From an uncultured Anaerolineaceae bacterium (lineage in GTDB: Bacteria; Chloroflexota; Anaerolineae; Anaerolineales; Anaerolineaceae): a stretch of 64,000 nucleotides of DNA. Positions 9,884-17,842 of this stretch are shown piece after piece. A program made the translations under genes and the position numbers. The notes below the pieces were generated by a model. That model was not told the DNA's origin and ran no database searches. It worked only from the letters and a program-made list of their open reading frames with translations. Location: assembly GCA_964447155.1 (NCBI GenBank), contig CAYURM010000012.1, forward strand, positions 14,916 to 78,915, read 5' to 3'. Position 1 is the first letter of the stretch. Each line of letters opens with the position of its first letter.

Positions 9884-9947
9884 GTAGAGACAGGTCTTTG
9901 CGAAACATCCCCTCATCGTACCCGAAGGATATGGGGACCGATCTGTC
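9884..9947. other. Nested stem structure / GTAG-led palindrome in the leader region of the GH13 gene
   Basis: GTAG at 9884-9887. GACAG (9889-9893) pairs with CTGTC (9943-9947), and TCCCC (9908-9912) pairs with GGGGA (9933-9937). An inner CC-CGAA-GG mini-hairpin (9921-9928) reads as a UUCG tetraloop on the minus strand. Confidence 0.25.
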
Positions 9948-10085
9948 GCCGCAGGGGACACTTTCTGCGCTGACTACATGATTAACCAGATACAATTCAC
10001 CCCTGGATAGGGCGAAATGGCTATTATGTTGAGTTTAATGATTCCTGTCTTGTGTCAGGTGAATATCTCTCCCCGCATGCGGCGC

Positions 10086-11243
10086 TTACCCTGCCTTGAG
10101 AATATGCGTAATGATATTGGAACCGCTGCCGCCAATATTCTGGGACATGCCGATCCGCGCATTTTCCACCTGGGTTTCGCCGCATTCGCCGCGCAATTGT
10201 TGGACAATCTCCACAATTTGGTACATGCCCGTGGCGCCAATCGGATGCCCGCGCGCCTTCAACCCGCCACGGGTGGCGATCGGAATGCGGCCGCCGGGAA
10301 GAATCTCCCCCTCCACCGCCAGGCGGGGGCCTTGTCCGCGCTCGGCAAAGCCTGCCGCCTCAAGAGACAGGCACGCCATGATGCTGAAAGCATCATGCAG
10401 CTCAAATAGATCGATGTCCTTCGGGGTGAGAGATGCCTGCTGGTAAGCCTCTTTCGCCGACTTCTCTGCCGCGGTCAGCCACAGCGGATCGGCGCGGTCA
10501 TGCACAGCCAGAGCATCTGTCGCCGCACCGGAAGCGGCTACACGAATAACCGGGTAACGCCCGTTACGCGGCACCGCATCCGCTGGAACCAGCAAAGCTG
10601 CTGCTGCACCATCCCCCATCGGAGAAGCGTCCATCAGGTTGATCGGGTCAGCGATCAACGCCGCTTTGGTATAGGTTTCAAGGGTGATCGCCTTACGGAA
10701 GCGCGCATTGGGATTATGCACCCCGTTAGCGTGGGCATTCATCGAGAACGGCGCAAAATCCTTGTGTGTCCAGCCATGCTCATACATATAGCGTTTCATC
10801 AGCAGGGCGTTCAACACCACAAAGGAAAGTCCCTGGTCGGTTTCCCAGTCTGCGTCGGCGGCAGTCGCCAAAGCAGTCGTCACCTCGCTGCCAGGCGAAT
10901 CTGTCATCTTCTCGGCACCCACGGCAATCGCACTGTCCAGTTCTCCGGATGCTACTGCGATCAGCGCCGAGCGAAAAGCCGCCGCCCCCGAGCTGCATGC
11001 TGTCTCCAGATGCACTGCTTCTGTATAGCGCATTCCCACCCAGTCAGCAATATATGCCCCCAGATGCTGTTGGTTGTTGGCCGAACCGCCGATCATATTA
11101 CCGACAAAGATACCATCCGCACGCTGCATATCTCCATCCGCCAGAGCTTCCAGTACGGCTTCCCCGGCCAGCAGACGCAGTGATTTCTCCCATTCTTCCC
11201 GGACAGGGGTCTGTCCAATACCGATTACCGCTACTTCGCGCAT
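10086..11243 (-). CDS. SCP-x / archaeal-type thiolase-like protein (acetyl-CoA acetyltransferase family)
   Basis: Active-site Cys region ETACSSGAAA plus the C-terminal motifs GHPIGATG and NIGGSG. Start at ATG 11243 with an AAAGGTGA SD; the track start 11252 is GTG. Confidence 0.9.
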   Translation of the reverse strand: MREVAVIGIGQTPVREEWEKSLRLLAGEAVLEALADGDMQRADGIFVGNMIGGSANNQQHLGAYIADWVGMRYTEAVHLETACSSGAAAFRSALIAVASGELDSAIAVGAEKMTDSPGSEVTTALATAADADWETDQGLSFVVLNALLMKRYMYEHGWTHKDFAPFSMNAHANGVHNPNARFRKAITLETYTKAALIADPINLMDASPMGDGAAAALLVPADAVPRNGRYPVIRVAASGAATDALAVHDRADPLWLTAAEKSAKEAYQQASLTPKDIDLFELHDAFSIMACLSLEAAGFAERGQGPRLAVEGEILPGGRIPIATRGGLKARGHPIGATGMYQIVEIVQQLRGECGETQVENARIGMSQNIGGSGSNIITHILKAG

Positions 11244-11413
11244 GGAATTCACCTTTCAGCAAAGGAATTTCTTATTACTAAGAACAAATTATAGGCGTTT
11301 TCTCTCTCAGGAACTATCAGGTGCGCAAAAATTAACGAAGATTGATGCCCCGATCTTGCTTCAACCGGGGGCAACGATTATGCATCCAACGCATCATACG
11401 CCTGTATGCAACC

Positions 11414-12133
11414 TTAGCTAATCATTTCAGGCGGCAGAAACGCCGTCCGGTTCACATAATTGATCCCGATACTGTCTTCCCGAATATCAATGCTGGTAAT
11501 GGCTGCATTATTCATACTGATCCAAACGATATGATCTTCCGGCAAACCCAGCAGTGCCGTCATCAACGCATTATGGAATGCTCCGTGCATCACTACCGCC
11601 ACAGTGTCATCCGTCCCGCCGTGATTCTCGATCATCGCCTCGATCACGCCTCTTGCCCGCGGAAAACGTTCCGCGCGTTCCTCATACGGGCGGTTCCACC
11701 AGCCCGTGTGCACATCCCCGCCCGGCAAAATCAGCGCCGGGAAGTCAGCTTTCAACTCCGCTAACGTTGGCCCTGGAAGACCATCGCGGCTGCCAGTTTC
11801 TTCATTTTCCACGTAAATTCCGCCACACTCGTGCAGATCCTTCCTGCCGATCATTTCCAGACCCAAAGCGTCCGAAACCGCAGAAGCTGTCTGTAAAGCG
11901 CGTCTCATCAAACTGGTATACAGGTGCGTGATCTCAAAACCCACCCGCCCGTCTGCCTCCCAATCCTGGGGGAATTCCTGCCTCGCATCCCGCAAATAAG
12001 CTCCCAGCAGTTTCGCCTGTTCCAGCCCCAGGGGTGTCAAACCTGGATCCTCATGCCGTCCGGTGCTGGCACGGTTCATCTCCCACAATAAATTATTCTC
12101 GGACTGGGCGTGCCGGATAAAATACAACCGCAT
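11414..12133 (-). CDS. Histidine phosphatase family protein (phosphoglycerate-mutase-like)
   Basis: MRLYFIRHAQSENN (RH-type phosphohistidine motif). AAGGAG SD 7 nt upstream of ATG 12133. The 373-aa track ORF is an upstream extension that overlaps slyD on the other strand. Confidence 0.85.
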   Translation of the reverse strand: MRLYFIRHAQSENNLLWEMNRASTGRHEDPGLTPLGLEQAKLLGAYLRDARQEFPQDWEADGRVGFEITHLYTSLMRRALQTASAVSDALGLEMIGRKDLHECGGIYVENEETGSRDGLPGPTLAELKADFPALILPGGDVHTGWWNRPYEERAERFPRARGVIEAMIENHGGTDDTVAVVMHGAFHNALMTALLGLPEDHIVWISMNNAAITSIDIREDSIGINYVNRTAFLPPEMIS

Positions 12134-12216
12134 TATTTCACTCCTTGTGTTCAAATTTATGTTTTGTGCATAGATCATATCAACACTATCTGATTTTACA
12201 TCATGTTTGGTTTTCC

Positions 12217-12246
12217 TTGGCCAACAGAACAGGAAAATGCTATAAT
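12217..12246 (+). promoter_or_regulatory. Candidate sigma-70-type promoter of slyD (TTGGCC-18-TGcTATAAT)
   Basis: -35-like TTGGCC at 12217-12222. Extended -10 TGCTATAAT at 12238-12246. AAGGGAG SD at about 12274, ATG at 12287. Confidence 0.45.
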
Positions 12247-12286
12247 TATCACCTGATGCAAAATTTACCCGCAAAGGGAGACCAAT

Positions 12287-12772
12287 ATGTCTGAAACAAA
12301 ACCAACCCAGATTGAAAACGATGTCATCGTCAGCCTGCTTTTTACCCTCACCGTTGACGGGGAGATTGTTGACGAAGCCGATGAAAATGAACCTTTTCTC
12401 TATCTTCATGGGCATGAGAACGTGATCCCCGGCATGGAAAAAGAACTGGCCGGGATGAAGATCGGCGAAAGCAAATCCTTCACCGTCCAGCCCAAAGACG
12501 GCTACGGCGAATCCGACCCGGATGAGATCATGCACCTTCCACGCTCAGAATTTCCCGAAGACCTTCCCCTGGAGCCCGGCCTCGAGCTGGAAATGCTGGA
12601 TGAAGACGATGAGGTCCTCTACGCCACCGTTGTTTCCATCACCAAAACGATGGTCCAACTGGATTTCAACCATCCCCTTGCAGATAAGGAACTCAATTTC
12701 GAAGTGACCGTTCTTGACCTCGAAGCCGCCGATCCCGAAGAACTCGATCACGGCCACGTGCACCATCATTAG
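12287..12772 (+). CDS. slyD: FKBP-type peptidyl-prolyl cis-trans isomerase, SlyD-like, with His-rich tail
   Basis: FKBP core (VSLLFTLTVDGEIVD...LYLHGHENVIPGMEKELAGMKIGE), an inserted-flap region and the C-terminal DHGHVHHH. Confidence 0.88.
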   Translation: MSETKPTQIENDVIVSLLFTLTVDGEIVDEADENEPFLYLHGHENVIPGMEKELAGMKIGESKSFTVQPKDGYGESDPDEIMHLPRSEFPEDLPLEPGLELEMLDEDDEVLYATVVSITKTMVQLDFNHPLADKELNFEVTVLDLEAADPEELDHGHVHHH

Positions 12773-12826
12773 GATTGCTCATCCCTTCACGGTTGGCAAA
12801 ACAACGCAAACTAAAATCATTAACCC

Positions 12827-12878
12827 CGTAGTGGCGAGGCATTCAGCAAGGTACTGAACACTGTGCCTCGCCACTACG
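12827..12878. repeat. REP-like GTAG hairpin (15-bp perfect stem)
   Basis: CGTAGTGGCGAGGCA (12827-12841) pairs perfectly with TGCCTCGCCACTACG (12864-12878). Inner TTCAG/CTGAA stem. Lies 55 nt downstream of the slyD stop, with no U-run after it. Confidence 0.6.
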
Positions 12879-13143
12879 ATTCACCCATCCTCCGCTTTCC
12901 TGGGCAACTTTCCCTGGAAAACGTAAAAATTCATTCGCAATAACAGTGTATCAATGACAAATCTTCTCCAGCTAGCAATTATTCCCCCCCGGAGGATCAA
13001 TTCCTCGTTTCTGGCGGGTATTCTTTAATGCACCAATCAAGCAGTTTTGCAAACTTTCAATTCTGTGATGTTTGTCCCCTTTTCATTCTGTCCCTTTTGT
13101 GGTAAATTTTAATAAGAAACATAAAATATTGGCGATAAATATT

Positions 13144-13833
13144 ATGGCTGACCTTATTAAAGACCAACGCAGCGAAAGCGAACAAATGTACCTGGTAACC
13201 ACCGCCACCCTGTTGGAAGATGGTCATGAATCACAGGTGCCATTATCGAAATTGGCGAACGAACTGGAAGTCCTTTCCGTTTCCGCCAACCAGATGATTC
13301 GCAAACTGGCAGATGAAGACCTGGTTATGTACCAACCCTATCATGGTGTGGCATTGACAGACAAAGGGACAGCAATCGCCAACCGTGTCCTGCGTCATCG
13401 CCGGCTGTGGCAGGTGTTCCTGATCCAGTTCCTCGATCTGTCTTTCAAAGATGCGGAAGCGCTGGCCTGTAAAATGGAACACCTCACTTCGATTGAAGTT
13501 GCCGAAAGGCTGTCAGAATTTCTGGACAACCCCCAGGTGACCCCGCAGGGACGGATCATCCCGCCCCCCATCGACTCGACGGATACCCATGTCCCTGTGT
13601 CGCTTTCGACATTACAGGTCAACCAGCGAGCCAGTGTGATCAAGATCAACGGGCAAATGCCGCTGCGCGCCTTCCTGGCAGAAGAAGGCCTGGGTTGTGG
13701 TTCCATCATCTATGTGGAAGGCATCGGCGCAAATGGCGCCATGCTCCTCACACTTGAAGAAAAAATCATCCATCTCTCTGCCAGCATCGCAGAGTCAATC
13801 CTGGTCAAACCAAAAAATACAGAAGAGAAGTAA
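13144..13833 (+). CDS. DtxR/MntR-family metal-dependent transcriptional repressor with C-terminal FeoA/SH3-like domain
   Basis: SESEQMYLVTTATLLEDG...LSVSANQMIRKLADEDLV...ALTDKGTAIANRVLRHRRLWQVFL is a typical DtxR wHTH plus dimerisation helix. Start placed at ATG 13144 (MADLIKDQ) rather than the track's 13072. Confidence 0.85.
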   Translation: MADLIKDQRSESEQMYLVTTATLLEDGHESQVPLSKLANELEVLSVSANQMIRKLADEDLVMYQPYHGVALTDKGTAIANRVLRHRRLWQVFLIQFLDLSFKDAEALACKMEHLTSIEVAERLSEFLDNPQVTPQGRIIPPPIDSTDTHVPVSLSTLQVNQRASVIKINGQMPLRAFLAEEGLGCGSIIYVEGIGANGAMLLTLEEKIIHLSASIAESILVKPKNTEEK

Positions 13834-13871
13834 CCCGCCTTCTGCATTAATTACAATACGGAGATCGTTCA

Positions 13872-14093
13872 ATGACATTAAACATGGCAGCCCCCAATCA
13901 GGACGTCCGCGTTGTGGCAATCAACGGAGGACTGAAAATGAAACAGCGCCTGGCAGACCTCGGTCTTAACCAGGGCGCAACCATCCGTGTGCTCAACGAC
14001 AGCGGGCATGGGGCTTTAATTTTGGCCGTCAAAGATTCACGCCTCGCCATTGGGCGCGGCATGGCCCATAAAATATTGGTTGAACCTGTATAG
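13872..14093 (+). CDS. feoA: Ferrous iron transport protein A
   Basis: 73-aa FeoA/SH3-like sequence (VRVVAINGGLKMKQRLADLGLNQGATIRVL...). GGAGA SD. Lies upstream of feoB. Confidence 0.9.
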   Translation: MTLNMAAPNQDVRVVAINGGLKMKQRLADLGLNQGATIRVLNDSGHGALILAVKDSRLAIGRGMAHKILVEPV

Positions 14094-14117
14094 AACAGAA
14101 CAGGATATCGTAATTCC

Positions 14118-14627
14118 ATGAAGGATAACTTTCGTATTGCCCTGGCCGGCAATCCCAACAGCGGTAAAACGACCATCTTTAACCAGCTCACCGGCTCTCG
14201 CCAACATGTGGGCAATTGGCCGGGCAAAACCGTGGAACAAAAATCCGGCTTCATTTATTTTAATGACTGCCAGATCGAGATCATCGACCTGCCTGGCACC
14301 TACAGCCTTAACGCCTATTCGATGGAAGAGATCATTGCGCGGGACTTCCTGCTGGAAGAAAACCCCGACCTGGTGATCAGCGTTGTCGACGCGGCCAATC
14401 TGGAACGCAACCTCTACCTGACCGTACAAATCCTCGAATTAGGCATGCCCATTCTGATTGCATTGAATATGACAGATGTCGCCGAACATCGCGGCATCAT
14501 CACGGACACGGAAAGATTAAGCCAGGCCCTGCAATCGCCGATCATCACCACCACTGCCCGCGAAGGCAAAGGCATCCAGGAAATCGTCGAGCATATCCAC
14601 AACCTGGCAGTGAGCAAAACACAATGA
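14118..14627 (+). CDS. feoB: FeoB N-terminal GTPase (G) domain as a separate 169-aa ORF
   Basis: G1 motif [10 protein letters not shown]3 motif DLPGTYS, G4 motif NMTD. Ends at TGA 14625-14627, overlapping the next ATG (ATGA). Confidence 0.9.
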   Translation: MKDNFRIALAGNPNSGKTTIFNQLTGSRQHVGNWPGKTVEQKSGFIYFNDCQIEIIDLPGTYSLNAYSMEEIIARDFLLEENPDLVISVVDAANLERNLYLTVQILELGMPILIALNMTDVAEHRGIITDTERLSQALQSPIITTTAREGKGIQEIVEHIHNLAVSKTQ

Positions 14628-16378
14628 AATTTCATGAACATGCCTACTCCCGCCGTCATGGCTTCACCATTGACTATGGCCGCGAGATTGAAGAAGAAAT
14701 CGTCCTGATTGAGCAGGCCGTAGATCAACACGAGCAAATCAGCCAGAAATTCCCGTCGCGCTGGCTTGCCATCAAACTCCTTGAAAAAGACGCCGACATC
14801 GAAACGAAACTGGAAACCCTGCCCGGCGCGCAGGAAATCCTGAATATACGCGACCGCAGCCTGCGCCACTTACAAGCTGTTTTTGGCGAGGACATCGACA
14901 CAATCATGCCTGACCGGCGTTACGGCTGGATCAATGGCCTCGTGCGCGAAACCACCCAGCACACCCGCAAAAATCTGCTCACCCGCTCCGACCATGTCGA
15001 CCGTATCATGACCCATCGTTTTTGGGGCATCCCCATTTTTCTGGTGATGATGTGGTTTGTCTTTAAATTCACCACCGATGTCACCACTCCCTTCTTCAAC
15101 TGGGTGGAATATCTGATCAACGAGCCTGTCACCCGTTGGCTCCGTGCCATCCTTGAAGTGTTGGGCGCCAGCGGCACCTGGCTGGATTCACTGGTCAATA
15201 ACGGCCTCATCGCCGGTGTGGGCGGCGTGCTGGTGTTCATTCCGGTACTCATGTTCCTCTATCTGGCCCTCGCCATCCTGGAAGATTCGGGCTATATGGC
15301 CCGCGCCGCTTTTGTGATGGATCGTCTGATGCACGCCCTCGGACTGCACGGCAAAAGCTTTGTCCCCATGGTAGTCGGTTTTGGCTGCACCGTCTCCGCC
15401 TTTTATGCCACCCGCACTTTGGAAAACCGTAAGGACAAGATCCTCACCGGCCTGCTCGTTCCCTTCATGAGCTGCGGGGCACGTCTGCCGGTGTATGTGC
15501 TCTTTGCTGCCATCTTTTTCCCGAAAAACACCAGCCTGGTCGTCTTTGGCATGTACGCCCTGGGCATTGCCCTGGCAATCCTGATCGGCCTGGCATTGAA
15601 GAACACCTTCTTCCAGGAAAAAGAAGAAACGCCCTTTGTGATCGAGCTGCCGCCCTACCGCATGCCCACCCTAAAAAGCCTGTGGTTCCACATGTGGGAG
15701 CGCACCGCAGCCTTCCTGCGCCACGCCACATCCATTATCCTCATTGCCAGCCTGGTGTTGTGGTTCTTGCAAGCCATCCCGGTCAAGGGCGAAGGTACGT
15801 TTGCCAACACCCCCGTAGAAAACAGCGCCTATGCCGGCATTGCCTCGCTGGCCGCTCCCATCTTCCAGCCCCTCGGCTTTGGCAGTTGGGAAGCCAGCGG
15901 CGCCCTGGTCAGCGGCCTGGTTGCCAAAGAAGTCGTTATCAGCACCTTCTCGCAAATCTACGGGGTGGACGCCGCTGAAGCAGACACAGATAAGGGAACA
16001 CAGCGCCCAACTTTTATGGAAGACATCGGGCAGATCATCGTCCGCTTCGGCCAGGCTGCCCTTGACACCATCAAATCCATCCCCATCGTGGTCGGGATCG
16101 ACCTGCTGTCGGAAGAAACCGGAGAAGTCCAATCGACCAGTTTGATGACCGCCATCCGTCAGGGATTCGACCACAGCAGCAACGGGCACGGCGCCCTCGC
16201 CGGATTGGCCTTCATGATCTTCGTCCTCATCTACACCCCCTGCATGGCCTCCCTGGCCGCCGAACGGCAGGAACTGGGCGCGCGCTGGATGTGGGTCAGC
16301 ATCATTGGACAATTAAGCCTCGCCTGGCTGGTATCTTTCATCGTCTTCCAGGGTGGCTTGCTGCTCGGGGTAGGGTAA
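14624..16378 (+). CDS. feoB: FeoB helical (S) domain plus membrane permease domain (584 aa)
   Basis: [11 protein letters not shown] spacer-domain motif followed by multiple TM segments with the gate motifs of FeoB. Starts at the ATG within ATGA at 14624. Confidence 0.9.
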   Translation: MKFHEHAYSRRHGFTIDYGREIEEEIVLIEQAVDQHEQISQKFPSRWLAIKLLEKDADIETKLETLPGAQEILNIRDRSLRHLQAVFGEDIDTIMPDRRYGWINGLVRETTQHTRKNLLTRSDHVDRIMTHRFWGIPIFLVMMWFVFKFTTDVTTPFFNWVEYLINEPVTRWLRAILEVLGASGTWLDSLVNNGLIAGVGGVLVFIPVLMFLYLALAILEDSGYMARAAFVMDRLMHALGLHGKSFVPMVVGFGCTVSAFYATRTLENRKDKILTGLLVPFMSCGARLPVYVLFAAIFFPKNTSLVVFGMYALGIALAILIGLALKNTFFQEKEETPFVIELPPYRMPTLKSLWFHMWERTAAFLRHATSIILIASLVLWFLQAIPVKGEGTFANTPVENSAYAGIASLAAPIFQPLGFGSWEASGALVSGLVAKEVVISTFSQIYGVDAAEADTDKGTQRPTFMEDIGQIIVRFGQAALDTIKSIPIVVGIDLLSEETGEVQSTSLMTAIRQGFDHSSNGHGALAGLAFMIFVLIYTPCMASLAAERQELGARWMWVSIIGQLSLAWLVSFIVFQGGLLLGVG

Positions 16379-16382
16379 AATT

Positions 16383-16631
16383 ATGTTGAAAAAAATTTTA
16401 CAGGAATTTGAAAACACACATACCTTGCTAAGCCTCAATCAACTCAGCCTGAAGCTGAACGTGGAACCTTCTGCCCTGCAAGGGATGCTGGAACACCTCG
16501 TTCAAATCGGCAAGCTGGAAAAAGAGATCAGCGGCGCGGACTGTGAAACCGTATGCAGCCAATGCACCCACACCGATTGCAGCCTGCTCAACGCCGCACC
16601 ACCACAATATCGCTGGAAAATCAAACAATGA
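16383..16631 (+). CDS. FeoC-like small winged-helix protein with Cys cluster
   Basis: 82 aa, located directly after feoB. Winged-helix-like N-terminus (LSLNQLSLKLNVEPSALQGMLEHLVQIGKL) and CETVCSQCTHTDC (Cx3Cx2Cx4C). Confidence 0.6.
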   Translation: MLKKILQEFENTHTLLSLNQLSLKLNVEPSALQGMLEHLVQIGKLEKEISGADCETVCSQCTHTDCSLLNAAPPQYRWKIKQ

Positions 16632-17494
16632 TCGATCATTTTGAAGCCACACCCGAAAGCTACCGTACCCTCCTGGCCCGCACAAGCTGCCGCCGATTTT
16701 CTCCCTCCCCACTGGAGGAAGAAACCTTGCAATCCGTGCTGCAAGCCCTGAAATCTGTAACCCCCATTCAGGCAGACAGTCCGGTTGATTTCCTCACATT
16801 AAATGAACCGGAGAAAAGCCAGCTTGCCGCAGCTCAGGGCGCCTACGGCCGCTTCATCGTATCTCCCCATCTGTTGATCCCCTACACCAAAAAATCTTCG
16901 AACTCCCTGATTGAACTTGGCTTTCAAAGCCAGCAGGCTGTCATCAAACTCGAAGAACTCGACCTCGGCAGCTGCTATGTCGGCGCCCACAGCCGCGTGC
17001 GCAAATTGCAGCAGGAATTTGGCCTCCCGGACACCGCACACATCGCTGCGGTACTCATCTACGGTCAACCAGCAGAGTCCCAACGGCAAAAGAACCTCAA
17101 CCAATCCTACCGTGCCCTGATCGGCAGCCGCAAGCGAAAACCTGTCGAGAGTCTCTTTATCGAACCAACTGCCCAAAGCATGCACCTTCCTGAACAATGG
17201 AAAGCTATCCTCGAAGCTGGACGCTGGGCACCGTCTGCCACCAACGCCCAACCCTGGCGGCTGCTGCCCATTAACGGCGAATTCCAGCTTTTCACCAACC
17301 CGGCAGCTTACCCCATCGTGCTCACCGCCGGCAGCAAGCTCATGTATGCCCTTTATGATGCCGGTATCTTCATGGCAAATATTCACCTCGCTTCCCGGGC
17401 GTTTGGCGTCCCGGCCCACTGGTCAATGTATCACCAGACCCGCATTCCCGACCAGAAAGCCCTCATCCCCGTCGCCCGATTATCTTTCGGTTAA
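16628..17494 (+). CDS. Nitroreductase-family flavoprotein (288 aa)
   Basis: ARTSCRRFSP near the N-terminus and GRWAPSATNAQPWRLL further in. Start at ATG 16628, overlapping the feoC stop (ATGA). The track start 16553 is an extension inside feoC. Confidence 0.8.
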   Translation: MIDHFEATPESYRTLLARTSCRRFSPSPLEEETLQSVLQALKSVTPIQADSPVDFLTLNEPEKSQLAAAQGAYGRFIVSPHLLIPYTKKSSNSLIELGFQSQQAVIKLEELDLGSCYVGAHSRVRKLQQEFGLPDTAHIAAVLIYGQPAESQRQKNLNQSYRALIGSRKRKPVESLFIEPTAQSMHLPEQWKAILEAGRWAPSATNAQPWRLLPINGEFQLFTNPAAYPIVLTAGSKLMYALYDAGIFMANIHLASRAFGVPAHWSMYHQTRIPDQKALIPVARLSFG

Positions 17495-17796
17495 AAAGCA
17501 ATACGAAACCCATTGACTTTTCTTGCATAGTGGCGCACAATGTCCAATCGCGTGCTTGACGCCGTCCGCTTCGCCCATACCTTGCAAGCACATAGAAAAC
17601 AAACAACTTCAACAGACCGCCCTGCACGGCAGCCTCAATCAATTTGCCAACAGCACGGATCTGCTTGAAAACCCTGAACTGTGCCGGAAAATCAAAACCC
17701 TGTTTGAGTAAAAAACGTTCCATCGGGGGATGGACTTCCTCTTTGATTGTACGATTATTGGACACATAATCATCTTTTGTCATCCAAAACACGGGT

Positions 17797-17802
17797 TATA
17801 AT
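17797..17802 (+). promoter_or_regulatory. Candidate -10 hexamer (TATAAT) for the DUF368 gene
   Basis: TATAAT lies 40 nt upstream of ATG 17843, with a GAGAGGAA SD in between. No convincing -35. Confidence 0.3.
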
Positions 17803-17842
17803 ACACTGTCAATATCTGAATACAAGCATTCTGAGAGGAAAT

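Noticed and set aside
11414-12535. 373-aa version of the histidine-phosphatase ORF
   Set aside because: The N-terminal 133 codons have no family similarity and overlap the slyD coding region on the opposite strand. A strong AAGGAG SD precedes the internal ATG 12133, exactly where the RHxxxEN phosphatase motif begins.
13021-13143. Possible DtxR operator upstream of the dtxR-feo operon (near-palindrome GTTTTGCAAAC at 13044-13054; direct repeats TGTCCC(C)TTTT at 13073 and 13089; AAATATT x2 at about 13126-13143)
   Set aside because: None resembles the known DtxR/IdeR or MntR box consensus closely enough, and the palindrome is short and imperfect. I cannot support a call without comparative data.
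17463-17792. 109-aa minus-strand ORF and 62-aa plus-strand ORF (17523-17711) as real genes
   Set aside because: The minus ORF overlaps the nitroreductase 3' end and has no SD. The plus ORF starts with TTG inside the putative promoter. Neither matches a family I recognise. The region is kept only as an unexplained spacer in the findings.
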